Shown here: positions 9,756 through 23,559 of the stretch, one piece after another | Layout of the letters: the number at the start of each line of letters is the position of its first letter | How positions within the stretch are numbered: the first letter of the stretch is position 1 | Origin: the human T2T-CHM13v2.0 reference genome, Homo sapiens | NCBI RefSeq assembly: GCF_009914755.1 | Contig: NC_060944.1 | DNA length: 64,000 bases | Reading direction: 5' to 3' (one strand) | Notes under the pieces: model-generated | Databases searched by the model: none | Told to the model about the DNA's origin: nothing | Seen by the model: the letters and a program-made list of their open reading frames with translations, nothing else | Position numbers and translations under genes: made by a program

Positions 9756-9819
9756 ATGGATCTCCAAGGAAGAGGGGTCCCCAGCATCGACAGACTTCGA
9801 GTTCTCCTGATGTTGTTCC
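9756..9819 (+). CDS. LAMP5: LAMP5 coding exon 1 (signal peptide start MDLQGRGVPSIDRLRVLLMLF)
   Basis: ATG at 9756 in strong Kozak context (agtATGG); 64 nt; GT donor at 9820 (C|GTGAGT); peptide recognised as the human LAMP5 N-terminus. Confidence 0.97.
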
Positions 9820-10355
9820 GTGAGTAGCGATTTGGCGACTGGGAGAGAGGACGGGCACTCTTTGCAGAGAACAGAGCCGGCAAAGTAAAGTCAATTAGCT
9901 TGAGATAAAAAATATGGCCCTTAATGTTTTGCGGTGTTTTTTCTTTTTTTCTTTTAGGGGAGGAGGGAGGGCCTTCCTCGCCGGTGGCAGGGAATTCCCC
10001 TGAGAGCCATACACCTCTGTGGCATATTCCAGACAGAGCCTAGACAGGCCAGCTTCGTGAGGTCAGAGCATTGGCAAGAAATATTTACTTTAAAATCCCA
10101 AGATGTAGAAAACAGCCAGCTATATTACAAACAAAGTCAGGATTTTTAATTTTTTTAACTGTATTTTCATTATAAATTAACAGCGAAGGAATGAGGCTTG
10201 TTAGACCCGGGTTAGAGAAACGGCTCGTAGAGCGCACAGCTGCTGGCAGAGAACTTTGTCACTCCAAAGCCTGCAGAGCACTGTCTCCCCACCCTAGCGC
10301 CCGAGACGCGTGGGCTGAGCCCTGAACTGATGGAATTGTTTTGTTTGTTCCGCAG

Positions 10356-10528
10356 ATACAATGGCTCAAATCATGGCAGAACAAGAAGTGGAAAATCTCT
10401 CAGGCCTTTCCACTAACCCTGAAAAAGATATATTTGTGGTGCGGGAAAATGGGACGACGTGTCTCATGGCAGAGTTTGCAGCCAAATTTATTGTACCTTA
10501 TGATGTGTGGGCCAGCAACTACGTAGAT
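10356..10528 (+). CDS. LAMP5: LAMP5 coding exon 2 ([17 protein letters not shown]...WASNYVD)
   Basis: ttgtttgttccgcag acceptor, GAT|GTAAGG donor; 173 nt keeps frame with exon 1; N-glycosylation sequons NLS and NGT. Confidence 0.97.
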
Positions 10529-10902
10529 GTAAGGAATCTTTCCCCCCCCTCAGCTTGCTCCTAGGGCTCCAGGGCGAAGGGCACCCTTCCTCAAGGCTCT
10601 TCGAAGACCTGGGTTGCCCGCCTTCTTTCCCACACCCCGGCAGGCTGCTCCCGAATGCTGCATGGGGATTCCAGCTTGTAATGCCTTCTGTTCCCCTGCC
10701 TGCTTTGAAAGTAAACCCCCTTCTCTCCGCTTCCCTATCGGGGCTGCACGTAGAGCATCTAACCGCATGTTCCCGGAACCTGGGATGCGCGCGCGCAAAG
10801 GAGCGCCCAAGCGTGCAACCCAGAGTTTGGACGCGCCGCCCTTTACAGCCCCCGCCCCGGGGCCGGGCGAGCTGAGGGGGCGCGGGGCGTCTGTGTTCCC
10901 AG

Positions 10903-11034
10903 CTGATCACAGAACAGGCCGATATCGCATTGACCCGGGGAGCTGAGGTGAAGGGCCGCTGTGGCCACAGCCAGTCGGAGCTGCAAGTGTTCTGGGTGGA
11001 TCGCGCATATGCACTCAAAATGCTCTTTGTAAAG
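10903..11034 (+). CDS. LAMP5: LAMP5 coding exon 3 ([13 protein letters not shown]...LKMLFVK), 132 nt, phase 0-0
   Basis: tgttcccag acceptor, AAG|GTAACT donor; matches ORF 10930..11187. Confidence 0.95.
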
Positions 11035-11158
11035 GTAACTCCGAGCCCAGCGGGCAGAGGGGCCGCAGGCTCCGCGTGGGTGTGGGAAGTGGCGGCCCCT
11101 AGGTTTAAGAACCCAGACGCTGCGGGGACGATTGAAGCGCACCTCCCCGGCTCAACAG

Positions 11159-11264
11159 GAAAGCCACAACATGTCCAAGGGACCTGAGGCGACTTGGAGG
11201 CTGAGCAAAGTGCAGTTTGTCTACGACTCCTCGGAGAAAACCCACTTCAAAGACGCAGTCAGTG
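11159..11264 (+). CDS. LAMP5: LAMP5 coding exon 4 ([35 protein letters not shown])
   Basis: ctcaacag acceptor, G|GTGAGT donor; 106 nt; LAMP-domain [11 protein letters not shown] motif. Confidence 0.96.
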
Positions 11265-12344
11265 GTGAGTGGAGGCTGGCATGGCTGGGGAGGGAGCCTG
11301 GGAACTCGCAGAACAGGCTTGGAGAGAGAATTCCTCAAGGTTTTGGAAACCGTCCCACGCTTTGAGGTCCCAGGCCAAGTCTTCCCTCGGCTTGCTCTTT
11401 AGGGCGGAAGAGGCGGGAGCGCCCATGAGTCTTCTGGGTCTCAGGCCTTGTAGATCCGCCAGGAACCGCAGGCGTGGGGACCCAAACGTCACCCGTGGCC
11501 TGATCCTAGATAAGAAGTCCCTTGAAGGCCTGTCGTTCCCTGGTGCTTCAAAACGACCTCTTATGATTTGGCCTTTGAAGGACCACGGAGAAGGGCAAAG
11601 CTGCATTTTAATTTTCTTCCGCATCCTGGTTTTGTTTCTTATGCGCTAAAACTGCAAGGGGGCAGTGCGACTTTCCTTTTCAGTCAGGATGTGATGGCCT
11701 TCAGTGTCTTTTTGCGCATGGCAGCATGGCTCGCACGGGATATTCAGTCATCGACTGCAGCTACCTGACAGTGGATTCTGCACCATGTATAATTTACTAG
11801 CGTTTCTGGCCCATCCCTCCGACAACTCAGCCAGATCCTCCTCGGCAAAACGAGCGTTCATCCCCCAAATAACAATATTCCTATCTGCAGACACCGTCAA
11901 AGACCACATTTAAATTTATTTTATTCTTTATAAGTTGTCTATTTCACTCATAATGAGGCCCTTCATCACCCAGGCACCTGAGTTGGGAAAGGATTTTTAT
12001 TGAATACATAAAAATACATGTGTCATCTTTCCCTTTTCACCCCTTTTTGTTATCACAGTAAAAGGAGGATTTTTTCTTTTTCATCAAAGTTTAGATGCAA
12101 GATGTCCCCCAGTTAAATTAGACCAAAAAGGAAAAAGGAAAAATCAAACTTAGGTCAGAAAAAGAGCAATGGGAGGCAGACCTTCAGAGGGGATGTATGT
12201 GTGTAAGGACAAGCATCCAGAGGACCAGCAATCTGTCCGGCTTTGTTGAGGAAGATGTTTTATTCTTTGCCAGGCCCGTGTGAAATGTGGAAAACCAAGT
12301 CACTGTTCCTTCTGTGTCTTTGGAATCTCCATTATTAGGGATTT

Positions 12345-12732
<388 letters not shown>

Positions 12733-12942
12733 TAATATTGAAAGAGCCCTGGCTCTCAAGATAATGGGTGTGTTTGTCCTTCATCACCACTTGATGCCAT
12801 TTGTAGAGCCCTAGCCCTGGCAAGGGAACAGAGAGGACAGGAGGGGTGTGGTGTCTGGAACTGAGAGGCAATAGCCAGCTCTCTGGCACATTAGGTTAGG
12901 AACAATGAGGGTTCTAACTATTGCTCTGGGCTCTTGCTGTAG

Positions 12943-13131
12943 CTGGGAAGCACACAGCCAACTCGCACCACCTCTCTGCCTTGGTCACCCCCGCTGGGAA
13001 GTCCTATGAGTGTCAAGCTCAACAAACCATTTCACTGGCCTCTAGTGATCCGCAGAAGACGGTCACCATGATCCTGTCTGCGGTCCACATCCAACCTTTT
13101 GACATTATCTCAGATTTTGTCTTCAGTGAAG
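12943..13131 (+). CDS. LAMP5: LAMP5 coding exon 5 ([25 protein letters not shown]...[16 protein letters not shown])
   Basis: ctcttgctgtag acceptor, G|GTAAGT donor; 189 nt; LAMP signature GKSYEC and IQPF. Confidence 0.97.
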
Positions 13132-15483
13132 GTAAGTTGTTGGGGGATGGAGGGGAAGAAGACCTAGTTTATTTCAGGAAGGATGAGAGAGGGACCTACC
13201 AGGGCCCCAGGATGTTACCACTTGGATTTCCTCTAGGTTGAAATGACACTGCCTGCCTCTTTAATAATTTTCAAAGACTAAAAAAGCAGTAAGCTGAATG
13301 TATGAACTTATCTCAGTAGTTCTTTCTTTCTCCCTCCCAGCCTCCTCCCCGTTTACCTTCACTTTAGTCCTTTCTTCTCAGTCTCCCTTTGTTTCCTCCT
13401 TCTTCTTTTCTTTACCTTCTTCCCTCCCTTCTTATATTTCATCTTTCCCTCTCTCCCCATCTTCTTTCCTTTGCCAAAAGATGAACCTTCATAGGGAGAA
13501 AGATTTAAAAAGTCACTTTGGAAAAAACTGTAATTTTGATGCAAACTTCCCAAGGAGAAAGCAGCTAAAGTATTTAAGACGTTAGTTAATCTAGAGAGCT
13601 ACAGATGGGGGAAAGGGCCTTTGCCTTTCTGGGCCCGTTTCTTCTTGTTCTCTCGGATACTTCTAGTTGAAGATTCTGCTGCTGTGAGTCCGAGTTTCTG
13701 TGCATCCAGAAGGCAGAGGGGGTGGGTGCGTATGCACAGATCATGGACTCATCAAGTCTTTCCACCAAGCATCTTCGTGAGGAGGATATCCTTAAGCTCC
13801 AGGGAGGGAAGGGGGTACCTGAAGGCTGAGCCGTTTAAGGCCAGCTGCTTCTGCTGAGTGTGGAGCAAGGCTGTCTCTCAGTCTGTTTAGCCTCTGAAAG
13901 GGGACCCAGCTGTGCTGTGGCAGGTTCAGGTCAAACACATTCTTTTCATCTCAGCACCCCTGCAGAGGTAGGGCACAAGGGGAGTCAAAACCTCTGCAAT
14001 TTGTTCAAGTCAAGCAACAATTCACGTTGGGCAATTGTGGGATAAATGAATTCATGTCATTTATTCTCTCTCCCTCACAAAGGAGGTTATTAAATTTTAT
14101 ATTCTGTTTATTCTACATGGAAAAAAAATCAGAAAAAATTTTGATTGCTTTGTTTATGCCTTTCTTTGGGTTGGAGACCCCCAGGTGAATACAACAATGC
14201 CAATGTTCAGGATATTAGAGAATCTCCACCTTTGTCATCTATGATCATTTTCCAAGGCATCTAGCTTTCATAAAATGCAGCTTCCACTCAACCTATTCCA
14301 GAATAGAATGCACCACCTTCCGCCTTGATTATTGAGAAGGCATTTGAGAAGTCCTAAGATAAATTGTCTTTAAGAAAAGACAGGTGGAAGGATAGGCTAT
14401 CCCATGTTAATGTATTTTCTACAAAATTGAAGCTACTAAACTGTGTCGAGACCTTAACAGTTTTTAAAAATCTTTTTGTTTATGGAAGCATTTACAAAAT
14501 GTAACAGTCAGTGTCTCTCTTAAACTGAAAATATTAAGCATAATCAAGTATAATTTGACTTCTTATGATTATTGATGACAAGGAATTTATTATGAAAATA
14601 ATTGGACTATGTAATGTCAGTTCCTAGTCCCCAGGACCCTGCCATAAATGCTTTTGAGGTTATATGGGTACTCTTAATAGTTTATGACTTTCTAGTTTTT
14701 GCTGATTAGCTGTTACTAGGCGCTTCTTTACTTCTTGTTACCACTGGTGCTATAATTGCTGCTTCTTCTAGCTCCTTACCATTCTGTGTTATTTTTAAGT
14801 CGTTGTTTATAGTTGCCTATGGCCTGAGAAATCAAACCTCACAGATTTTTAGAATGGTGTATAAAGTAAGAATAAATAAGTACTGAATAAGGAGCAGAGC
14901 TACTTTCCTAAAAATCAGTACAATTCATTGCATGGAGTAAATGGTGTCTTTTGTTTTAAAACCAATTTTGATCCACTTAAAGGTCCTAGATAGGGAAGGC
15001 TGCTGGGTAGACATAGAGAGTTTGTAACTACATATAACTTCCTAAATGCAAATAGAGAAGTCACAATCAAATGGCACTTGTCTCACCCCAGGCTTTTATG
15101 GCTAATAATTAGGATGTTCTCTCCTGTATGGTGTCCCCAGGCTTACGCCTTGACATTCCTGGGAGGTGGCAAGCCTCATTCAGAATCACTCACTGGATCA
15201 GTGTGCCTTTGTGTGGCTGCGTTTTTTTGTTCCTGGCTCCTCCCTTCTGTTCCTCTCAGCACCTGCCCCGACTTTGTTTTGTAAGAGATCATTATTTTCA
15301 ATTTGGTGGAATTTTAAAGATTCCTTTTGGGTGCCTTTTCGGGATCTATCACTGGGCCTTTATCCCCAGAATACAAGCTCAGGGGCCTTTCGGTGTGTGC
15401 ATGTGAGTGGAGTATGCTTGCATGGAGAAGGAATATCACGTCATATATCTGCACACCTACTGCAGGGGTGTGTCCATGTGTTC

Positions 15484-15514
<31 letters not shown>

Positions 15515-15519
15515 TGTGT
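15484..15519. repeat. (TG)n microsatellite
   Basis: Direct reading. Confidence 0.9.
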
Positions 15520-17877
15520 TCATGTGTTTGGACCGTGGCCATTGTCAAGCACAGCATAATGGTTTCCTGTGAAGAGTCTATTCCCTGTGTAAGGGGGTCA
15601 TACCTGGCACTCTTCACACCTGTCTACTGAATAGGCCTTATGAGAAAATCAAGGTAGTGTCCACGAAGTCGGTAAGTGGACACTCACAAGGGCTGAGAGC
15701 AGCCCAAATGGAGGTTGACATCTTTATCACATGAGTCCCTTTAGTGCATTGTACTTGACTACTACACTGACCCCCAAACAAAACTCTCTTAGCCCAGCAA
15801 TGAGCTCATGAAACTTCAGCTTCAATGTGCAATGACTGTGGTGATATTGTTAGCACGCAGAGTTGGGTTCACTTAGGTCTGGGAGTGGGCCCCAAGAAGC
15901 TCCGTTGCTAGCAAGGTCTCAGGTGACACTGCTGGCCCATGGAGCACTATAGAGAGTTTGAAGGATTAAAGGCACAATAAGCTTCATTGGGTGACAGTTG
16001 GAGAGGGATTTGTGAGAAGGGAAGCCCCTCACAGCAGGAGACTGTGCAGAGGGAAGCTTATGGGACCACCATTCAGAAAAGGAAGAGGACAAGGGAATGC
16101 CCAAAGCAGAGGGGCTTTGGAGAGGGGTTTATGTGTCCAGGTGACATCTGCTCAGCAGCACAGCAAGGAGTCCATGGGTCCCAGAGCTTCTAGAGGCAGC
16201 AGTGCCTTGGAGCCTTAGAACTCCAAGGCCCTGTCTTATCAATGGGTAACAGCTGTTGCATGAGGTTTCAAGGAGTATGCAAAGCAGGCAGGCTCCATAC
16301 AGCTGCAAATTTTCTTGTTTAAGCTATTTTACAAATAATTGGATGTGTAAAGATTTGGGAGTTTGGTGCCAACAGGCTTTTGAGCTAACAGTCTCAGCCT
16401 GCAGTGAAGAAATAAACCACCTAGAGGCCAATACACAGAGGCCATCTTTGGCTCATTTATTTACCAAATACACTTTGTACAGCAACTATCACCTCTGCAA
16501 TAGAAGCTATCACCCCTGCAATCTGAAACACTCTGTTTCTCATTTGGGGCTGATTACCTTGTTCTTCCACAATTAATTTCTGAGGGCCTCATTCAAAGTC
16601 CTGCAATTCCCTTGGAGAGCCCCATGTGATTTCTGGCTGAGATGGGAATGGGGATGTGTCGCTGGGAGGGAACAAACCAGTCTGAGTATTCTAATACCTT
16701 GAGTAAAAGGAAACTTTTATGTATTATGTCAGAAAAAATATAATAGAATAGGAAGGCTACCTCTATTTCCCTTTATTCAGGATTCAGGTCTATCAGGCAT
16801 TTAAAAGACATCACATATAGATTGGTCCCTTTTTAATTCTCTCTCAAGGGGCAAACATAACAAAACAAAACAAAACAAAAAGAAACAAAACAGAACTGCA
16901 GAAAGATACTGAGATCCCCATTTACAGTGGAGCAGCTGAGACACAGGGAGGTGAAGCGAATTGGTGAAGGCTTCCCTCCTAGAACCTGTCTTTGGGTATC
17001 AGAGGTTTTGTCCTTAGTATCTCAGGGCCACAGCTGCTCCTGCTGAGTAGCTGTAATCAACATGTGAGTGTGAGAGGCATTTACAGAGTTTGTTGGGTAC
17101 CCCCAATTCATGAGCTTTTTATTATTGTTCCTAGCATCATGATTGGGAGACGCCACTTAATCTGTATTTTACCCAGATCTGCGGGAACTTTAGTGTTAGT
17201 GTAAATGAACATGGCTGACATTTCTCTATATACCAGCCCCCCAGTAGAGCGTCCTGTGGCAAGCTGTCATGTCACAAATGCATGAAGGGTTTGCTGATCC
17301 AGAGAGTTTTGTAGACCTGTGACTTACCTGGCACTTCCCAGTCAAGAAACATGCCACCCTACATAGTTGGTCCTCAAGGCCTCCTGAGTAAGCAGCCAAA
17401 GGTAAATAATCTGTTATGAACACAGCTGAGAACTGTGTTGAGGACTCCAAGATGGAGCCCCAGCCTTCGGCCATGGAGTTAGCCAGTCATAGAATTCTGT
17501 GCTTCGGATACTGTCCTCTGGAGAGAGCATAAGATATGCCTCAGAATTATCTCACCTGAGGGTGAGCAAACCAGTGTTTACCCACCAAATGCCATCTATC
17601 ACTGATGGTCGCTGTGGAAGCATTAACTCCCTGGGACTTCTGACCTACTTTGTAGTCAAAACCTGTTGGGATATATGGGACTGGTGAATGCCAAAAGAAG
17701 AATGGACAGTGTCTGTGTCCACTACACCTAGGTACTGGGATATAAGAACATTTTCTGCCACACTGAAACTTTCAGTCTAGTGGGATAGGGTGTATACAAT
17801 GCATGTCATGTTCCTGGCATACAGTGGCATCAAACAATACTTGCACTTATAATTTTTTTCTTCTCTAATACTTAAAT

Positions 17878-18000
17878 CTTTTTTTTTTTTTTTTTTTTTT
17901 TTTTGAGATGGGAGTCAAGGCTGGCCTTGAACTCCTGGGCATAAGCAATCTTCCCACTTCAGCCTCCCAAGTAGCTGGGTGGTGATGCCACTGTGCCTAG
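17878..18000 (-). mobile_element. Alu monomer fragment (FLAM/AluJ) with long poly-T
   Basis: T-run followed by gagatgg...gaactcctgggc...cagcctcccaagtagctggg. Confidence 0.75.
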
Positions 18001-18789
18001 CAAATGCTTACATCTTGATGAGGGTATCAGCTTGTCTGCAGTCAAAGGTCTCCAAAGCCCACTCATCTTAACAGCTTCTCAGTATACAAAATATATTTTG
18101 CTGATGTTATAGGAGTCCAGGGCCAGCACAGGGAACATATGGAAAGAGCGTCAAACCCTTTCTCTATCTTGCCCTGCCAAACAACAGGAGAAGCACAGCC
18201 AGCAGAAAGCTTGCCCACCTCTTCAAACAGTTTCAGTCCATGGTGCTAGGAGAGCCTGAGGAAGCAGAGAGCTTGCCTCTGCTTCCCATTGCCTATCCCA
18301 ATGCCATTCATTGGGGGTGCAATGAAGCGCTCTTGTAGTTTATCTCAGGGAGTCAATATAATTTTTAAATGCTGTCATGAAATAAAACACATATCTAGCA
18401 ACCAGCACCTAAGATAAATTATGATTTTAGTGGGTACACTTGGGTTAAGAGTTGAGGAGACTTTTGTTGGCAACTGGCAGCTGGCAACAGATTATGCATT
18501 TATTGTTTGTTTTGTCTTCATCTGGTTCTTTCCAATGATGAGGCTGGTTTTTGTCTCTTCCAGCCACAAGCCACTTACCCTGTTGTGTGTACTCTAGAGC
18601 CCTGAGTCCACCAAGAGCAAAGGCATGAGGGATCCTAAGTCCTGTGGAGGTGGATAGGGAGTCAGGGGTTCAGGGAGGTCTGAAGCCAGATGTAGTCCGG
18701 GCTAAGCCAACAGATGCTCTTCTCCCTGGCAGAAGTCAGAGGCCTTCCTTGTTTTGTAATCTGTGGGTTGCATAATCAGTTTACAATAC

Positions 18790-19215
18790 AAGATTTTTAC
18801 CCTGGGGTATATATAGTTTATAGATAGAATTCAGAGGAAAAAATTTATATCTTTATTTTCACTAACTTCTGATTAATATTTAGCATTTTCTTTGTTTATA
18901 AATGAAGGTGACAGACCACAGTAATATTAGCAGTACCCGTGACTGTCACCAATAGAAATCATAGGTATTTTCATCTCACATTAGTTTGTGCAGATCTTGC
19001 AAAGTAACATTTATGCTTCTCACTGCTTTATAATCATGGCCAACATATATGTGTTCCAATAAGGAAATACATATATTGCTGTATCTGAAATTCTTTTAAA
19101 AATATTTGATGGCTGAATTTCACTTTCCCTTGTAATTGTATGTATTTTATTTTTTATTCATTCATAAACATTATTCCGAGAAGGGGTCCTTAGTTTTATT
19201 ATACTTGCACAAAAA
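18790..19215. mobile_element. Ancient DNA transposon remnant (hAT-Charlie-like); second copy at ~28620-29070
   Basis: Shares diverged blocks with 28620-29070 (ggaaaaaatt...actaac, tgtca.caatagaaat, cattatt..gagaagg). Confidence 0.5.
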
Positions 19216-19469
19216 AGATTACAACCTTTTCTTAGTAGGTCATGAGCAGCATTGTTTTAAATGAAACAGAATAGAATAGAGCATAAATTATTAGATGCAT
19301 AAAGCAAGGATAACTATTGTTTGTCAAACTTCTGCTTTAGGTCTCTGCATGTACATATGCTCTAAGCTGCCATGTAAAATATTGTTGTTTTTTTTTTCCC
19401 GTGGGTCATAGGCAGAGATTAAAAGCACTGTCTTAAGCCTGAAAGAGAAAAGCGTGCCCTGCTTTTATG

Positions 19470-19835
19470 GGTTCATAATCCCTCATCTAAAACCCAGATC
19501 GAACTAAAAAAAAAAAAAAAAAAAAAAAACAAAAAAAACCTTGGTGCTAGATGGTTTTCAGAATTCAGAATATTTTAGACTTTAGGAAGACTATACAGTG
19601 CACAATTTATATATTACATAAGACCATGGAAGAGTCAGGGCAGCCCCATGCAATCAAACATATTAATATATCTGTTTCCTGCGGTGAAACATGTGAAACG
19701 TCATACTAAGTAGGATGACTGAAAACTACAAGCAGCCTCACATTAGACAAAGTCAGGTTTTGCTGCCAAACAAGTGATTACAAAGTACTTTTGGTTTTCA
19801 GAGCTTTGTGGATTTTGAAACAGTGGATGAGAGAG
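19470..19835. mobile_element. Tigger-family MITE (MER46C-like) interrupted by a poly-A run
   Basis: aatccctcatctaaaa...gttttcagaattcagaat...ttttggttttcagagctttgtggattttg. Confidence 0.55.
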
Positions 19836-21757
19836 TGGGCTCAGGAATTCCTTTTTATTTGACCACTTACTGATTAGGGGTTGGTAAGTGCAGGATTTGG
19901 TAGTAGCTATGATACTTTTTGACATCTTCATAGTTGATATCCTCTTTATATTGCCCTTTCCTGTGGTGTGATTAATTCTATTTTTTTTTCCTAAAGCAAC
20001 AAAAGATAATCGTCTGAGAAATAAATCATGATAGCATTCTAAGCATATTGTCTTTCTCTTTCTTTACCATACTATATCATCTTTTCTCTAATTTTCTTAA
20101 AGAATGGGATGTGAGACATTCTTTTTTATTATCAATTTAGAAATAATACTTTTGGTACTTGAGCTCCAAAGACTCCCATATTTAAGAGAAGTACACAGAA
20201 GACTTAAATGTATAAGACTTCTATCTTTATAGTGAACAATGACAGAAAAGCTACTCTGTGCCAGGCACTGTGCTTGGCCTTCTGTAGTATGACGTTGGAT
20301 ACTCACAGCAACCCTGTAAATTAGGTGTCATATCGATTTTACAGGAAACTGAAGCTTAGTAGATTAAGAGATTCACCCAGGGTTGGACAGTGGAAGATCT
20401 GGGATCTGAGCCCACTATCATCTCTTTCTCTCACAATGTTCCATTACATCTACTCCCTCTTGATGTGATGATCTGGATCTATGGAGACCACTAAAAGTTC
20501 ATGTATATCTCTATTTCTACAGCTATATCTAACTATATATCTGTTTATTCATTGCTATGGTATAAAACAAGAGAAAAGAGAAGACATGACTTTACAAATT
20601 GGTCAAGGTCGTTTGGTGCCCCATCCCCAGATTCTTCCCAATCCAACTCCAACCTCCCTTCCTCCTGAAGCTTTGTTAACTCCCCACCCTCCCTGTCCTG
20701 AATACTTGTAGTTGGGGCCACACAGAACACCACCTGTCCATGTTCTCCAGTGATTTTGCTACATAAGCTCTTGCTCCCAGACACAGCTCTTTCTCCATTG
20801 CCTCTCCCATTCTGCCTAGGAAGGTAGATGTTGTATTTCGGGCTTCTGGCTGATTGTTTGCCTGGGTAACTAGAGTGTAAGCAGGAAGAAGTGAGCTAAA
20901 ACCATGGTCTACAGTCTGGGTAACTATGAAATTGCTCTGCAGGGGAGAGAGTTAAGAAGGGAAGAGGCAGAGGCTAGAGCCACAAGGGCAACCTTGTAAA
21001 GATGCCTGGGGCCTACTCAAGTAGCAGCCTGGAAAGGTGCATAGATGAGAGTCTGAAGGTCCTGAGGGCTTTGCTACTTTTTGTGAGATAATTTATTTTT
21101 TATTTTTACTGTTTAACACAGACTTAGCCTTATTACTAAATAATTTGAAATCAATGTATTTCTTCTTAATATTTTAAAATTTTTAAAAATTCTTTGTTTC
21201 TATTCAATGTATTGTATTAAGTAAGAAAAAATTGTATGAGGTTGCCACTAGCGCCTGCAAACCAATCAAACCCTGCAATCTGTGTTAACATTACATGGGC
21301 AACAGAGTGTTATCATGAGGAAAATAAATAACCTTTGTTGTTAACAAAATTCCTACCCCACGTGATCCATTTCTATTCATTGTTCTCTTTAAAGAGGCAA
21401 TATGGTATCATACTGGCGAAGAAGACCGCCATGCTGGCATCATGAAGTTCTAGGCCTGCCACTCTTTCTGATACACTGTGTCATCTCAGGTCCTGTCCCT
21501 GGAGCAATGGATGTATTGATCCAGGCTGACCTTCAAAGTGTTGGGACTCATTAGAATGGAATCAAATAGTGGGGGGAAAAGTTTCCTGAAAATTCTTTTT
21601 CAAACTTTTGGTTGTAATAAGAAGAAAGGCTCAGTTTAGTCCTAATAAGACCTTAACATTTCTCTACCATTTGCCAAACTATCTTTTAAAAAAGCTATTT
21701 CTAGTAGAATTTCTTTTTCTATTATATATATGTGTATTATATAGATACATATACATA

Positions 21758-21811
<54 letters not shown>

Positions 21812-21812
21812 T
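21758..21812. repeat. Compound (TG)n(TA)n(CA)n microsatellite
   Basis: Direct reading. Confidence 0.9.
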
Positions 21813-22899
21813 ACAAAACAGTTGTATTTAGGTACAATTGTATGCATTTAAGCATGTAATTTAGTAAATATCAACTTATGAATACACCTGTGAAGCCATC
21901 ACCACAATCAAGAAATCAACATATCCATCACGCTGGAAAACTTCCTTGTTCCCCTTTGTAATAAGTATCCAGCTCATTGAATTTTCAGATGCTAGATGAA
22001 CCTCTGCAACCAGCATGCAGATCAGGAAACCGAACTGACAAATCCTCCTTTCTGCTCCACCTTGGGATTCTGCGGCCTTTTAATGCCAGTAGTTTAGGTC
22101 TGTTAAGTGCTGCCCCAACTATAGTGTTAAGTTGTTTGAGTTCAGATCAGGCTTCATTTACTCCTGGGCAAACCACTTATTATCGTTATGACTTGATTAC
22201 CTTATGTGTAAAATGAGTATAATAATATTGTGTACCTCAGAGGGTTGTTAACCAGATAATCTTTGTGCTTAGAACTGATTGTTAATTTAGGGACTAAGAA
22301 TGTCAAGTATACAGCTTTCAAAGGCTTTATATGTGAAAGTAAGTCTCCACTAATTGTTATTATTAGAGAGGAAAGCTCATCCCTTTTCATTTCTGCTGAT
22401 CTCAGGCAAGGTGAGAGAAGGGACTATGTCAATAGGGATTCTGGAGGAGACTGGAATACAGTAGGTACTTAATAAATGTTTACTTGGTCGTCTGGACTTA
22501 AAAAACTTGGTGTTTATGAAGAGACATGTAAAGCTTGTTTATTTTTCACTTGTGGCTCCTGATTTTGGTTAAAAGGCCACCAGTTACCCACAAGAAGCAA
22601 ATGAGCCTGTTCTAGTTTCTAGGAATATAATTCTGGTTAGCCTGACAAACTGTTTGACCACTAGAAGTTCTCCCAAGAATAGTTTTTTGTTGATGGTGGT
22701 TCTATGTAAAAAAATGGAGACTCAGCACTATGAAGCTATCTTGAATTTTAGGAGGCTGAAAAATAAATCAACACTGAGGTGCTGCTAACATTTGTGTTCT
22801 TGATCTAGATGCTGGTTACATGAGATGTTCATTTGTAAAAATTCATCAAGCTCTACACTTACTTAAAAATTATAGCATAATTTACATATATTACATGCA

Positions 22900-23535
22900 C
22901 CCTTAATGTTTATCCCAGCATTATTCACAATAGCAAAGTTACAGAATCAACCTAAGTGTCCATCAACAGATGTATGGATAAAGAAAATGTGGTGCATATA
23001 CATAATTGAATACTATTTGGCCATTGAAAAGAGTGAGATGGTGTCATTTGCTACAATGTGGATGGCACTGGAACATTGCATTAAGTGAAATAAGCCAGAT
23101 ACAGAAAGACAAATATTGCATGTATTCACTCACATGTAGGAGCTCAATAGATTGACCTCAGAGAGGTAGAGAGATACCAGAGGCTGGGAAGGATATGGGT
23201 GTGTGTGTGTGTGTGTGTGTGTGCGCGTGTGTGTGTTTGTGTTGGGGAGAGTGGACTAAAGAGAGGTTGGTTAATGAGTACAAACATATAGTTAGATAAG
23301 AATAAGTTCTAATATTCAATAGCAGAGTAGGGTGACTATAGTTAACAACCATGTGTTGTACATTTCAAAATAGCCAGAAGTGAGGACTTGAAACATTGTT
23401 TACACATAGAAATGATAAATTCTGGAGGTGATGAATATCTTAAATTCCCTGACTTGATCATTAAAGTGTATGCGCATAACAAAATATCACGTGTCCCATA
23501 AATATGTATGAATAGTGTGTATCAATAAAAAATAA
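22900..23535 (+). mobile_element. L1 (L1MA/MB-like) 3' fragment with internal (TG)n
   Basis: ORF 22906 resembles the L1 ORF2 C-terminus (MFIPALFTIAK...PKCPSTDVWIKKMW); L1 3'UTR and A-rich tail. Confidence 0.88.
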
Positions 23536-23559
23536 CAAAGTAATCAACAAATCTAAAAT

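Larger units (their letters stand above)
85..9900 (-). ncRNA. LAMP5-AS1: LAMP5-AS1 lncRNA locus (approximate extent)
   Basis: Known divergent/antisense lncRNA upstream of LAMP5 (recalled); minus-strand AATAAA at 107-112; minus-strand splice signals at 2170 and 1655; boundaries not derivable from sequence alone. Confidence 0.65.
9480..11650. promoter_or_regulatory. CpG island: LAMP5 promoter/5'UTR and exons 1-4; likely bidirectional with LAMP5-AS1
   Basis: High GC and CpG density around the 5'UTR and introns 2-4, against AT-rich flanks. Confidence 0.8.

Noticed and set aside
9443-9883. 146-aa antisense ORF over LAMP5 exon 1 as a LAMP5-AS1 micropeptide
   Set aside because: Begins at a TTG, is GC-driven, and shows no recognisable homology
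10488-11649. Additional long ORFs overlapping LAMP5 exons 2-4
   Set aside because: Shadow ORFs of a CpG-island coding region
13320-13475. Hydrophobic/Ser-rich and Lys-rich ORFs over a polypyrimidine tract
   Set aside because: Low-complexity CT-rich intron sequence
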